The notes under the pieces are model-generated. The model worked only from the letters and a program-made list of their open reading frames with translations, ran no database searches and was not told where the DNA came from. From the NCBI GenBank assembly GCA_040004125.1, contig JBDUBL010000003.1:8392-72391 (forward strand): DNA of 64,000 bases. Reading direction: 5' to 3'. The position numbers and the translations under genes were made by a program. This document shows, piece by piece, positions 38,895-47,990 of the stretch (position 1 is the first letter of the stretch; the number at the start of each line of letters is the position of its first letter). The stretch is from Actinomycetota bacterium (GTDB lineage: Bacteria; Actinomycetota; UBA4738; HRBIN12).

Positions 38895-40444
38895 GGCGCG
38901 CCCTCCGGATCCGTTTCCCAAGGATCGACGAGGTCCTCATCGTCGGCGGTCCCCAGATCGAGGGTGCCCAGGCGGGCGCCGAGGGTGCGCCCGAGCACGA
39001 TCAACACGGCGCAGATCGGCAGCGCGGCGGCCAACCACGCGAGCAGGAGCCCACCGGGATCGGCCGTGGTCGGACTGGTGATGTCCTCCGTGACGCCGGC
39101 GGGGTCGGTCTGCAACGCGACGAACCCCGGGGCGGTTCCTGTGTGCGTGGCCACGATCAGGTCCGCAGAGGCCGCCAGCCCGATCACCGCGGCGTCGGCC
39201 ACAGAGGCGTGCCAGACCTGGTGGCCACTCGCCGTGTCGATCGCCAGGATCGTGCCGTCGCTCGCGGGCTGCAGCACCGCGTCGGCGGTCACGATGGGCC
39301 CCCCGATCGCGAAACGGTTGGTGGCGAAGCGCCACCGCTCGGTGCCGGAAGCCGGGTCGAACCCGTAGACCGTCCCCGATTGATCCGTCACGAAAACGCC
39401 GTCGCCGCCGACCGCTGGCGGCGAGCCCGCGGTCGGCGTGTACAGCTGCGAGGCCCAACGCTGCGACCCGTCGGCGATCGCGATCGCGCGGATCGAGTCA
39501 TCGGACGCGACGAGGTATGCGAGGTCGCCGGCCACGCTCGGTCCGCCGAGATCCACGACCGTTCCTCCCGGTTGGTATCGCCACGACTCCGAACCGTCGT
39601 TCACGCGCAGCGCGACAAGGGACGGCTGTCCCTGCGTCTGGGGACGCACGCTCGCGAACACGAGATCGTTCGTGCCCGCCATCGGCGCCGTCAGGTGATC
39701 GCCGGCCCCGATGCTCCACCGCTGCTCGCCGCTGGCCGTATCGACAGCGGTGACCTGGCCGTCGTCCGTACCGACGATCGCCGTGTCGCCGACGAGGAGC
39801 ACGCCCGCGTGGCTGACATCAGAGAGCGGGACCGTCCACGATCGTTTCTGCGTCGAAAGGTCGATCGCAACCAGGGTCGAGGTCGTCGTGGCGGTCGGGA
39901 CGGAGGATGCGGATCCGGATGGCGACGCGGACCGTGACGGTGACCGCGGCGAGGTGGTGGCCGAGGTCTGTGTCGCGGGTGACCGGCTCGCGCTCGGCGT
40001 CGCACTGGCGCTCGTCGACGTGGCGGACGCCGAAGGGGTGCTGGACGCGGATGCGGACTCGTCGCCTCCGCCCTCCAAGAACAACAAGAGGTCGCCTGCG
40101 ACCGCGGGGGTGGACGAGGGCCCCAGCGCGCGAGGAGCGGACCAGGCGGGCGTCCCGGATGCGAGATTGACCGCCGAGATTTCCTCGCGACCGACGACGA
40201 TCGCCAGCGACGACGTCAGCACGGGGGCCGGCAGGCCGCTGACGTGGGTCGTATCACCGATGTCGGCCGGCGCGTTCCACGAGACGCGATATGGGAGCGC
40301 CGGCGCGTCCTCGGCGGCGCCCGTGCGGGCTGCGTTGCCTTGGAACTGAGGCCACGGCGGGTTCGACGTGGCCGCGAACGCCGGGGCGAACGCCGACGCG
40401 GCGACGGACACCAGCAGGGGAACGAGGAGGCGTGGGGTACGCAA
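38891..40444 (-). CDS. Secreted PQQ-like beta-propeller repeat protein with C-terminal TM anchor
   Basis: 517 aa from a TTG start with signal peptide (RTPRLLVPLLVSVAASAFAPAFA). Repeated ...G.V.A.D..TG...W blades (AVNLASGTPAWS, AVDTASGEQRWS, AIDTASGHQVWH). A ~70-aa Ser/Thr/Ala/Pro insert, then a C-terminal TM (LLLAWLAAALPICAVLIVL) and an acidic tail. Confidence 0.75.
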   Translation of the reverse strand: MRTPRLLVPLLVSVAASAFAPAFAATSNPPWPQFQGNAARTGAAEDAPALPYRVSWNAPADIGDTTHVSGLPAPVLTSSLAIVVGREEISAVNLASGTPAWSAPRALGPSSTPAVAGDLLLFLEGGGDESASASSTPSASATSTSASATPSASRSPATQTSATTSPRSPSRSASPSGSASSVPTATTTSTLVAIDLSTQKRSWTVPLSDVSHAGVLLVGDTAIVGTDDGQVTAVDTASGEQRWSIGAGDHLTAPMAGTNDLVFASVRPQTQGQPSLVALRVNDGSESWRYQPGGTVVDLGGPSVAGDLAYLVASDDSIRAIAIADGSQRWASQLYTPTAGSPPAVGGDGVFVTDQSGTVYGFDPASGTERWRFATNRFAIGGPIVTADAVLQPASDGTILAIDTASGHQVWHASVADAAVIGLAASADLIVATHTGTAPGFVALQTDPAGVTEDITSPTTADPGGLLLAWLAAALPICAVLIVLGRTLGARLGTLDLGTADDEDLVDPWETDPEGAP

Positions 40445-40982
40445 GGGCCGTCATCCTACCCGTGGCGGACAGAGGCGCCGGAACGCTCAAGGGTGCCAAG
40501 CGGATGAGCGCCGAGACCGACAACGGCTCGAGATAGTCGAGCGGATCGACGTAGCCACCATCGAGACGGACGCCGAAGTGGAGGTGCGGCACGGTGAGGT
40601 CGGCGTGCCCCCAGCCGGTGGTCGCGACAGGTTGTCCCCGGACAACGCGATCGTCCTTACGGACGAGCACCGAGGTCAGCCACGAATCGGTGCTCGTCAG
40701 CCCGCCACCATGATCGATCGTGAGAAAGAGACGTCCACCGACCTTCCCCGCGAAGGTCACCACGCCGTCGTCGGGGGCGACGATCACCGTTTGCAACGCG
40801 GCCGCGATGTCGATGCCGCGATGACCGGCGCCGTAGGGCGAATCGGGAGGGTCGAAGCCGCGCAGGACGGCACCGGTCACCGGCCACACCCACGGGACGA
40901 CCGCGTGGGCGTCGGGGGCGACCACGATCACGACCACGATCGCGATCGCGAGGAGGGTCATGCGCAGCGCTCCGCGTCTCAC
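40254..40982 (-). CDS. M23-family metallopeptidase (secreted), with a run-on C-terminal tail
   Basis: 242-aa ORF with a signal/TM segment and M23 motifs HRGIDIAA and VPHLHFGVR. The conserved domain ends near 40500, but the first in-frame stop is at 40254, which is 191 nt inside the next gene. Confidence 0.8.
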   Translation of the reverse strand: MRRGALRMTLLAIAIVVVIVVAPDAHAVVPWVWPVTGAVLRGFDPPDSPYGAGHRGIDIAAALQTVIVAPDDGVVTFAGKVGGRLFLTIDHGGGLTSTDSWLTSVLVRKDDRVVRGQPVATTGWGHADLTVPHLHFGVRLDGGYVDPLDYLEPLSVSALIRLAPLSVPAPLSATGRMTALAYPTPPRSPAGVRRRVGVRPGVRGHVEPAVASVPRQRSPHGRRRGRAGAPISRLVERAGRHR

Positions 40983-41045
40983 GTCGGCAACCTTACGGGT
41001 GCGCGGACATGCGCATCGTGACGGACCGCACAGACAGCGGTGGTG

Positions 41046-41948
41046 CTAGTCGTATTCCGTCATCTGGCCGCGAAGCACGCCGACGGCCTTCGTGTGGATC
41101 TGGCACACCCGCGATTCAGTGACGCCGAGGATCTCCCCGATCTCCGCCAGCGTGAGGCCTTCGAAGTAATACAGCGTCACGACGATCTTCTCGCGCTCGG
41201 ATAACTCGTTGATCGCTGCCGCCAACAGTCCGCGCGTCTCCTGCGACTCCACGCCGCTGATCGGGTCGAACCCCTTGTCGGCCAGCGTGTCGACCAGCGA
41301 TACCTTCTCGCCGCGGTCGGCGCCGACCGAGACGGTCTCATCGAGCGCGAGCACGGAGACGAATGAGATCTGCGTGATCACCTCGTGCAGCTCGTGCAAC
41401 GACATGCCGAGCCGCTCGGCGAGCTCCTTCTCGGAGGGTTGACGCTTGAGCATGGACTCGAGATCGGCCAGGGCCTTCTCGATCTCACGCTGCTTGAACC
41501 GGACGGAGCGGGGCACCCAGTCCATCGCGCGGAGCTCATCGATAATGGCCCCGCGGATACGCGGGATCGCGTAGGTCTCGAACTTGTTGCCGCGACCGGG
41601 CTCGAACTTCTGCAAGGCATCGATCAGGCCGAACATCCCGTAGGACACGAGATCTGCCTGATCAACCGAGGCGGGGAGACCGGTCGCTACCCGAGAAGCG
41701 ACGTATTTCACGAGCGGGGCGTAGTGCAGGATCAAGCGCTCGCGCGCCTGGCCGTCGGCGTCGGCCTTGAACGCGTGCCAACTCTTGCCGAGTGCGTCGT
41801 CGACTTGGGGTGGCACGGTGTGGGACACGGCGCGCGGATCCGTCGGCGGGGCAGAGGTGTCGATGCCCTTGGCCTTCGTTTTCGTGGCGGTCGCCATCTT
41901 GGGCTTCGCCTTGCTCGGCGCGGCGGCGGCCTTCTTCGCGGGACTCAC
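41046..41948 (-). CDS. whiG: FliA/WhiG-family RNA polymerase sigma factor
   Basis: 300 aa with region 2 (LILHYAPLVKYVASRV...DLVSYGMFGLIDALQKFEP...FETYAIPRIRGAIIDELR) and region 4.2 (LTLAEIGEILGVTESRVCQIHTKAV). Same position relative to M23/rpsB as whiG in Streptomyces. A Lys/Ala-rich N-terminal extension is present, and the start could be the internal Met 17 codons in. Confidence 0.85.
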   Translation of the reverse strand: MSPAKKAAAAPSKAKPKMATATKTKAKGIDTSAPPTDPRAVSHTVPPQVDDALGKSWHAFKADADGQARERLILHYAPLVKYVASRVATGLPASVDQADLVSYGMFGLIDALQKFEPGRGNKFETYAIPRIRGAIIDELRAMDWVPRSVRFKQREIEKALADLESMLKRQPSEKELAERLGMSLHELHEVITQISFVSVLALDETVSVGADRGEKVSLVDTLADKGFDPISGVESQETRGLLAAAINELSEREKIVVTLYYFEGLTLAEIGEILGVTESRVCQIHTKAVGVLRGQMTEYD

Positions 41949-41950
41949 CG

Positions 41951-42892
41951 TCAGGCCCTCGGGTGGGAGCGCTCATAGGCCTCGAAGAGCCGCGCCCGCG
42001 AGACGTGCGTGTAGCGCTGGGTGGTGGCAACGCTGCTATGTCCCAGCAGTTCCTGTACCGCGCGGATGTCAGCCCCTCCTTCCAACAGGTGTGTCGCGAA
42101 CGAGTGCCGAAGCGTGTGCGGGCCGACCCGGCGCCCCGGCAACAAGGCATCAGCATAACCGTCCACCATCGCTCGAACGTCACGCGGGGTGATCGGCTTG
42201 TGCTTGCGATTCAGGAACAGCGCCTCGGTCGGGACCGTCGCGAGGATCGGACGGGCCTCGGCCAGCCACACCCGAAGCGCCGCCACCGCGTAGTCCGAAA
42301 GCGGCACCCGGCGCTGCTTCGCGCCCTTGCCGATCACGTGTACCCGGCCGCCGTCGAGGTCGAGCCCCGTCCGCTCAAGCGTCGTGACCTCGCTCACCCG
42401 CAGGCCGGATCCGTAGAGCAACTCCAGGATCGCCTCGTCGCGCAGGCGCACCGCCTGGTCGACCGGATCCTCGGCGGGGGTCGCGGCGGGCACCTCCATC
42501 AGCGCCGCTGCCTCACCCGCCCGCAGCACGGTCGGGAGGCGGTTGGCGACCTTCGGCCTGCCGAGCAGCAGGGACGGATCGCGATCGATGCGCCCCGCGT
42601 CGTTCGCCCACCGGTAGAAGGTGTGGATCGCGCCCACGCGCCGGGCGATCGAGGCGCGGGCGTATCCGAGTGCGTGTTGCTGGGCGAGGAAGCGACGCAA
42701 GGTCGCCTGATCCGCTCCCTCCAAGGTCCGGTGCGATCGATGCAGGAACGTCGCGAGGTGCAGCAGATCCGTACGGTATGCGGTCCGGGTGTTGACCGCG
42801 AGGTGACGCTCCAGGCGCAGATGTGCAAGGAACGAATCGATCAGCTCACGCTGGGGTGCGGGCAGCGCGTCGTCGTTGGATACGGGTGCCAC
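41951..42892 (-). CDS. xerC: Tyrosine recombinase XerC
   Basis: 313 aa with the catalytic region [39 protein letters not shown]. Housekeeping synteny with dprA and whiG. Confidence 0.9.
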   Translation of the reverse strand: MAPVSNDDALPAPQRELIDSFLAHLRLERHLAVNTRTAYRTDLLHLATFLHRSHRTLEGADQATLRRFLAQQHALGYARASIARRVGAIHTFYRWANDAGRIDRDPSLLLGRPKVANRLPTVLRAGEAAALMEVPAATPAEDPVDQAVRLRDEAILELLYGSGLRVSEVTTLERTGLDLDGGRVHVIGKGAKQRRVPLSDYAVAALRVWLAEARPILATVPTEALFLNRKHKPITPRDVRAMVDGYADALLPGRRVGPHTLRHSFATHLLEGGADIRAVQELLGHSSVATTQRYTHVSRARLFEAYERSHPRA

Positions 42893-43028
42893 GAGTCCTC
42901 TCCAGGCGCGCCGGCGGGTCCGGCCAAAGCCGGGACGTATCGTCCCAGCGGCCTACGGCTGACGCAATCACCCGGATGGGCGTCGGCCGAACTCGTGCCA
43001 GGGGCGGCATTCGTCCCCGGAGAGACCT

Positions 43029-44156
43029 TCAGGCCTGGGCCGCAGGACGAAACGTCCGCTGGAAGCGACCGCCAACACCCTCTACCAACCCCCGGACCTC
43101 GAGTCGGATGAGCGCAGTGACCGTATCGGGAATCGACAACCCGGTGATCCGCGAGACCGCGTCGGGCAGCATCGGCTCGATGAGCGCGGCCAGGGCAAGA
43201 CCTTCGTCGGGCGGCAGACCGTCGAGCGACGCCAACGCAGCGCCGCCGGACTCGAGCCCGAGATCATCGAGCAGGTCTTCGGCACCACGGATCAACCGGG
43301 CACCGTCGCGGATCAACTCGTGCGGGGCCTCGGTGAGCGGGCTGTTCACCGGGCCGGGCACGGCGAACACATCGATCCCCAGCTGTGAGGCGTAGTCCGC
43401 CGTGCTGCGCGTACCGCTGCGTGCCACACCCTCGACGATCACGACACCGATCGAGAGTCCAGCGATGAGCCGATTCCGAGCCGGGAATCGGAAGGGCTCC
43501 GCCGGTACCCCAGGCGGATATTCGCTTACGAGCGTGCCACGCTGAACGATCTCGCGCAACAGAGCACGATTCGTTGCGGGGTACTCGACGTCGATACCGG
43601 AACCGAGCACCGCCACCGTCGTGCCGCCGGCATCCAGCGCCCCTTCGTGCGCCCGGGCATCGATGCCGATCGCACCTCCGCTCGTAACCACCACGCCAGA
43701 GGCAGCCAGCCCCCGACCGAGATCGCGGGCCGCGTCGATCCCCAGCTTCGAGGGCCGCCGCGACCCAACGACGGCGACCCTGCGATCGCCAAGTCGCAAC
43801 GGGCGCCCGCGCAGGAACAGACCCACCGGCGGATCGGCCAAGCGCAGGAACGCCGGCCAGTACTCCGGATCGCCGGCGAGCGCGAAGCGAACTCCGGCGG
43901 CGTCGAGACGCCGCCGGACGTGCGTCGGTGTGGTCTCCTCCAAGAAGGACCGGTCGTTGTCGGAGCCTGCAGCCCCGGCCATGATCGCCTGGACGCTCGC
44001 TGCCGCCGACCCCTCACGCCAGATCAGCTCGTGGAGGTCGCGCGGCGTGATGCCGAGCAGACAGCGCAACGCCAAGGCGGCGTCTGCATCACCGGAGCCC
44101 TGCCCGAAGTCCGATGGGAACCCCTCGGGCCGAGGGGCACCCTCGTCAACTGGCAC
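43029..44156 (-). CDS. dprA: DNA-processing protein DprA
   Basis: Trimmed from track ORF 43029-44309 to GTG 44156, an 11-nt overlap with the upstream gene stop. Rossmann-like core GSRRPS...GGAIGIDARAHEGAL...VLGSGIDVEYP. Confidence 0.88.
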   Translation of the reverse strand: MPVDEGAPRPEGFPSDFGQGSGDADAALALRCLLGITPRDLHELIWREGSAAASVQAIMAGAAGSDNDRSFLEETTPTHVRRRLDAAGVRFALAGDPEYWPAFLRLADPPVGLFLRGRPLRLGDRRVAVVGSRRPSKLGIDAARDLGRGLAASGVVVTSGGAIGIDARAHEGALDAGGTTVAVLGSGIDVEYPATNRALLREIVQRGTLVSEYPPGVPAEPFRFPARNRLIAGLSIGVVIVEGVARSGTRSTADYASQLGIDVFAVPGPVNSPLTEAPHELIRDGARLIRGAEDLLDDLGLESGGAALASLDGLPPDEGLALAALIEPMLPDAVSRITGLSIPDTVTALIRLEVRGLVEGVGGRFQRTFRPAAQA

Positions 44157-45684
44157 GCGCCCTGCGCTCCTCCGCCTCGAAGGCCTCGCGATAGGACAAC
44201 GCCTCGGCGATGTGCACGACGTCGACCCGCTCGGCCGCGCCGAGGTCGGCAACGGTGCGCGCGACCTTGACCACGCGGTCGAACCCCCGTCCGGACAGGG
44301 CCGAGGCATCGACGGCGTCGCCGAGCAGCCGTTCCCCCGCCGCGGTCATCGACGCCTCGCGTCGTGCGAACGGCCCGGGCAGGTGCGCGTTGCAGGTCCA
44401 GCCGGTGTTGCGATAGCGAGCGAGCTGTCGCTCACGCGCGGCGATCACCCGTTCGCGGACGACCACCGAGGCCTCACCACCGGTCGCGCCCAGGAGCTCG
44501 TGTTTGGTCAGCCGCGGCACGCGCAGACGCAGATCGATCCGATCCAACAGAGGGCCCGACAGCTTCCCGCGGTACCGTGCGCGCTGATCGTCGCGACACC
44601 CGCACATGCGCACCGCGTCGTCGCGGAACCCGCAGGGACATGGATTGGCCGCCGCGATCAAGGTGAATCGCGCGGGGAAGGTGACCGAACCCGCGGCCCG
44701 CGTGACGACGACCTCGCCGTCTTCCAGCGGTTGCCGAAGGGCCTCGATCGCGTCGCGGCGGAACTCGGTCAGCTCGTCGAGGAACAGCACGCCCCGGTGC
44801 GCGAGGCTCGCCTCTCCCGGTCGAAACACGGTCGAGCCGCCGCCCAGCAGCCCCGCAGTACTGATCGAGTGATGCGGCGATCGGAAGGGGCGCTGACGCA
44901 GCAAACCACTCCCCGCGAGCAACCCGGCAACGGAGTGCAACTGTGTCGCCTCCAGAGCCTCGTCATGCGTCAGCTCCGGCAGGATCGAGGCGAGGCGACG
45001 GGCGAGCATGGTCTTGCCGGCCCCGGGCGAGCCCACCAGCAGCAGGTTGTGCCCCCCAGCCGCCGCGACCTCGAGCGCCCGCCGAGCCTGTTCCTGGCCG
45101 CGAACGTCCGCCAGGTCGGCGGCCGGTGCCTGCCATCCCGCACCCGGGCCAACCTCGATCGCCGGCGGGTGCCACGAACCGCGGAGGAACAGGACAACCT
45201 GTTCGAGGGTGGCAGCGCCCACAACCCGCACGCCGTCGACCTGCGCCGCCTCGACCGCGTTGGCTTCGGGCACCACGACCGTGGGCAGCCCGCCCCGCGC
45301 CGCCGCGATCGCCGCCGAGAGCACCCCAGGGATCGGCAACACCTCGCCCTTCAACGAGAGCTCACCGAAGAACACGACGCCCGTGAGCGACGGAGCCGGG
45401 ACCTGACCGGTGGCCGCGAGCACACTGACCGCGATCGGGAGGTCGAGCCCCGCGCCCTCCTTGCGAAGGTTTCCGGGGGCGAGGTTGACCACCACGCGTC
45501 GCAACGGCCACTCGAGCCCCGCGTGTTCGACGGCCGGCCGTATGCGGTCTCGGGCATCCTGCACCGCCGCCCCCGGCAGGCCGGTGAAGGTGAGTGCCGG
45601 AAGCCCGCGCCCGACGAACGCTTCGACCGTCACGGGATGGCCGCCCACCCCGAGCAGCGTCATCCCCTGCACCCGTCCGTACAT
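44146..45684 (-). CDS. YifB/ComM-family Mg-chelatase-like AAA+ ATPase
   Basis: 512 aa with an N-terminal Lon-protease-like domain, Walker A GSPGAGKTMLARRL, Walker B VLFLDEL and a C-terminal Cys cluster (NPCPCG). Confidence 0.92.
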   Translation of the reverse strand: MYGRVQGMTLLGVGGHPVTVEAFVGRGLPALTFTGLPGAAVQDARDRIRPAVEHAGLEWPLRRVVVNLAPGNLRKEGAGLDLPIAVSVLAATGQVPAPSLTGVVFFGELSLKGEVLPIPGVLSAAIAAARGGLPTVVVPEANAVEAAQVDGVRVVGAATLEQVVLFLRGSWHPPAIEVGPGAGWQAPAADLADVRGQEQARRALEVAAAGGHNLLLVGSPGAGKTMLARRLASILPELTHDEALEATQLHSVAGLLAGSGLLRQRPFRSPHHSISTAGLLGGGSTVFRPGEASLAHRGVLFLDELTEFRRDAIEALRQPLEDGEVVVTRAAGSVTFPARFTLIAAANPCPCGFRDDAVRMCGCRDDQRARYRGKLSGPLLDRIDLRLRVPRLTKHELLGATGGEASVVVRERVIAARERQLARYRNTGWTCNAHLPGPFARREASMTAAGERLLGDAVDASALSGRGFDRVVKVARTVADLGAAERVDVVHIAEALSYREAFEAEERRARAS

Positions 45685-45758
45685 GCGCGCGACGGTATTG
45701 CGGGCCGCGAGGTCGATCCGTGACAGATGTCATGCCCGGGCCTTAGTAGCCTCCCTCG

Positions 45759-47291
45759 ATGCCGCGCGACGATCTTCCACGCGTCCCCGATCCGGAACTG
45801 CTCGATCTCGGCGATGCGGCAGCCCGGGCAGCGCTCGAGCGCTTCGCCGACGCGATCACGCGCGAGGCGTTCGATTGGCTGTTCGAACGGGCCATGAACC
45901 GGCCGATCCATCCGCAGAGCTACCCGGAATCCCGTCGGGCGTTCTTCGGCGCCACCGGGGAGCCCGCGACGATGCCGGCCCGCGGCATACCGGCGGAGGC
46001 CGTCTTGCGTGCCTTCCGCGAACGGGTCGCGCCGATGACCTTCAACGCCCAACACCCTGCGGCCTTCAGCTACTTCACACCGCCGCCGCTCGCGATGTCC
46101 GTCGGCGGCGAGGTGCTCGGTCAATGGCTCCAGCAGGGCGTCGACGTCTGGCATGCGGGACCCGTCGGCGCCTTCGTGGAAGAAGAGGTGACCCGCTGGC
46201 TGTGCGAACTCATCGGGTTGCCCGGCGGCTCGTGGGGGGTCCTGACCAGCGGCGGCGCGATGGCGAACCTCATGGCGTTGGCCGTGGCCCGTGAGGTGCA
46301 TCTGCGGAGGCTGCGAGGCCTGGATCGCGTCCCTCGCGGCGCCGACCTCGAGGGCGTGCGGGTGTATGCGAGCGACCAAACACACTTCTCCGTGGCCCGC
46401 GGCCTCGACATCCTGGGTTTCCCCGAGGCCACGCTGCATGTGGTCGCTTCCGACGACCGGTTCCGTCTGCAGGCGCCGCCGGTCGCGACCGCGATCGCCG
46501 CCGATCGCGCGGCCGGGCTGACTCCGCTGGCCATCAGCGCTGTCGCAGGCTCGACGAACACCGGGTCGGTCGACGACGTGCCCGAGCTGGCGGCGCTCGC
46601 CTCCGGCGAGGGTCTGTGGTTCCACGTGGACGCCGCATACGGGGGCGCGGCCCGGCTCTCGACGCGCGATGCCGGCCGGATGCCCGGCCTCGGGCTCGCA
46701 GACTCCGTCACCGTCGATCCTCACAAATGGTTCTTCCAGGCATACGACATCGGCGGATTGGTCGTGCGACGACGCCAGGATCTGCTCGACACGTTCCACC
46801 GGGCCCCCGAGTACTACGCGTCGAGCCGGCCCGAGGACGCACCTCTGAACTACTACGAGTACTCCATCGAAGGCACACGCCGCTTCCGGGCGCTCAAACT
46901 CTGGATGAGTTGGCAGCATCTGGGCACCGACGGATTGGGTGGCCTGATCGAGTACACCGACGACCTTGCCGCGTACCTCGCCGCATCGCTGCGTGCGGCC
47001 GAGGACTTCGACCTCGCGTGCGAACCCGAGCTGTCGGTCGTCTGCTTCCGACACCTGCCCGCAAGCGGGCGCACGTGGACGAGCGAACGCATCAACGCGT
47101 ACCAGAACGCGCTGCAGCGTGCGCTGGAGGTGGACGGCACGAGCTGGGTCAGCATGACGACCCTTCGCGGCAGAACCTATCTGCGCGCCGGCATCGTGAA
47201 TTACCTCGCGACACGGGTCGAGCTCGATGCCCTGTTGGCTGCGCTGCGCCGACTGTCAGAAGGCGTCCTCGAAGATCTCGACAGAGGCTGA
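45759..47291 (+). CDS. PLP-dependent group II amino-acid decarboxylase (aromatic-L-amino-acid / diaminobutyrate decarboxylase-like)
   Basis: 510 aa with SGGAMANLMAL and the PLP-lysine motif SVTVDPHKWFFQAYDIG. The 464-aa minus-strand ORF over the same DNA is Arg-rich antisense noise. Confidence 0.88.
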   Translation: MPRDDLPRVPDPELLDLGDAAARAALERFADAITREAFDWLFERAMNRPIHPQSYPESRRAFFGATGEPATMPARGIPAEAVLRAFRERVAPMTFNAQHPAAFSYFTPPPLAMSVGGEVLGQWLQQGVDVWHAGPVGAFVEEEVTRWLCELIGLPGGSWGVLTSGGAMANLMALAVAREVHLRRLRGLDRVPRGADLEGVRVYASDQTHFSVARGLDILGFPEATLHVVASDDRFRLQAPPVATAIAADRAAGLTPLAISAVAGSTNTGSVDDVPELAALASGEGLWFHVDAAYGGAARLSTRDAGRMPGLGLADSVTVDPHKWFFQAYDIGGLVVRRRQDLLDTFHRAPEYYASSRPEDAPLNYYEYSIEGTRRFRALKLWMSWQHLGTDGLGGLIEYTDDLAAYLAASLRAAEDFDLACEPELSVVCFRHLPASGRTWTSERINAYQNALQRALEVDGTSWVSMTTLRGRTYLRAGIVNYLATRVELDALLAALRRLSEGVLEDLDRG

Positions 47292-47654
47292 GCCGTCGGG
47301 TCGCAACCACACGCTGGCGACGTCGAAACGAACCGACGAAGGCTGTGGACCCGTCTGCAGCAGGTAGACCTCTGCCAGTGTTCGAACCTTCTGGCGCTTC
47401 CGGGCGTCGACCGCTTCGTACCCCCCGCCGAAGCGCGAGCCGCGCCGGGTCTTGACCTCGCAGATCACCAGCGATCGACCGCGCGCCACCACCAGATCGA
47501 GCTCACCGAGACGGCAACGCCAGTTGCGTGCGACCACTCGATAACCGCGCGCCACATACCGCGTTTCCGCGGCGAACTCGCCGCGGCGACCCACGCTCGC
47601 CCGCTCATCCATCGCACGGACCGTATCGGCGGCCTCTGACACCGCCAGCGGCAA
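47256..47654 (-). CDS. yraN: YraN/UPF0102 family endonuclease-like protein
   Basis: 132 aa with GRRGEFAAETRYVARGYRVVARNWRCRLGELDLV...EVKTR. The start could be the internal ATG (MDERAS...). The 3' end overlaps the decarboxylase gene by 36 nt. Confidence 0.85.
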   Translation of the reverse strand: MPLAVSEAADTVRAMDERASVGRRGEFAAETRYVARGYRVVARNWRCRLGELDLVVARGRSLVICEVKTRRGSRFGGGYEAVDARKRQKVRTLAEVYLLQTGPQPSSVRFDVASVWLRPDGSASVEIFEDAF

Positions 47655-47661
47655 GTGAACG

Positions 47662-47976
47662 CTAGCTGGGCGAAAGCTCGGGGGCCTCGGGGATCGTCGT
47701 GTCGTCCCGGCGGAGCTCCTCGACGTTCACGTCGCGGCGGGTCATCACCTGCACGCTCGAGACGAACCGAGCCGGGCGGAACATGTCCCACACCCACGCA
47801 TCGGTCAGTGCCACTCGGACCCAGCCGTCTTCCATCGGGCCCATATCGACCTTGTTCGCGAGGTAGAAGCGGCGTTCGGTCTCGATCACGAAGCTGAACA
47901 TCGGTAGCACGTCTCGGTACTCCCGATACAGCTCCATCTCACGTTCTTCTTCGAAGCGTTCGATGTCGTCTTCCAT
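47662..47976 (-). CDS. DUF2469 family protein
   Basis: 104 aa: EDDIERFEEEREMELYREYRDVLPMFSFVIETERRFYLAN..., as in the conserved actinobacterial gene between rnhB and yraN. Confidence 0.85.
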   Translation of the reverse strand: MEDDIERFEEEREMELYREYRDVLPMFSFVIETERRFYLANKVDMGPMEDGWVRVALTDAWVWDMFRPARFVSSVQVMTRRDVNVEELRRDDTTIPEAPELSPS

Positions 47977-47990
47977 CGGGCCTCATGCTC

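Noticed and set aside
38866-38895. AT-rich run (cttcttcttctttctattgttgttg) in otherwise GC-rich DNA, considered as a possible insertion scar
   Set aside because: It is in-frame coding sequence for the polybasic [10 protein letters not shown]-terminus of the membrane protein. It is too short to indicate foreign DNA.
41951-42892. Tyrosine recombinase as a sign of an integrated mobile element
   Set aside because: It sits in the conserved whiG-xerC-dprA housekeeping context. There is no flanking tRNA, direct repeat or phage/plasmid gene, so it is a chromosome-dimer-resolution XerC.
45660-47054. 464-aa minus-strand ORF covering the decarboxylase locus
   Set aside because: It is Arg/Gly/Pro-rich with no motif and lies exactly antisense to a plus-strand ORF that carries the DPHKW PLP motif. 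This is the typical shadow ORF of high-GC DNA.
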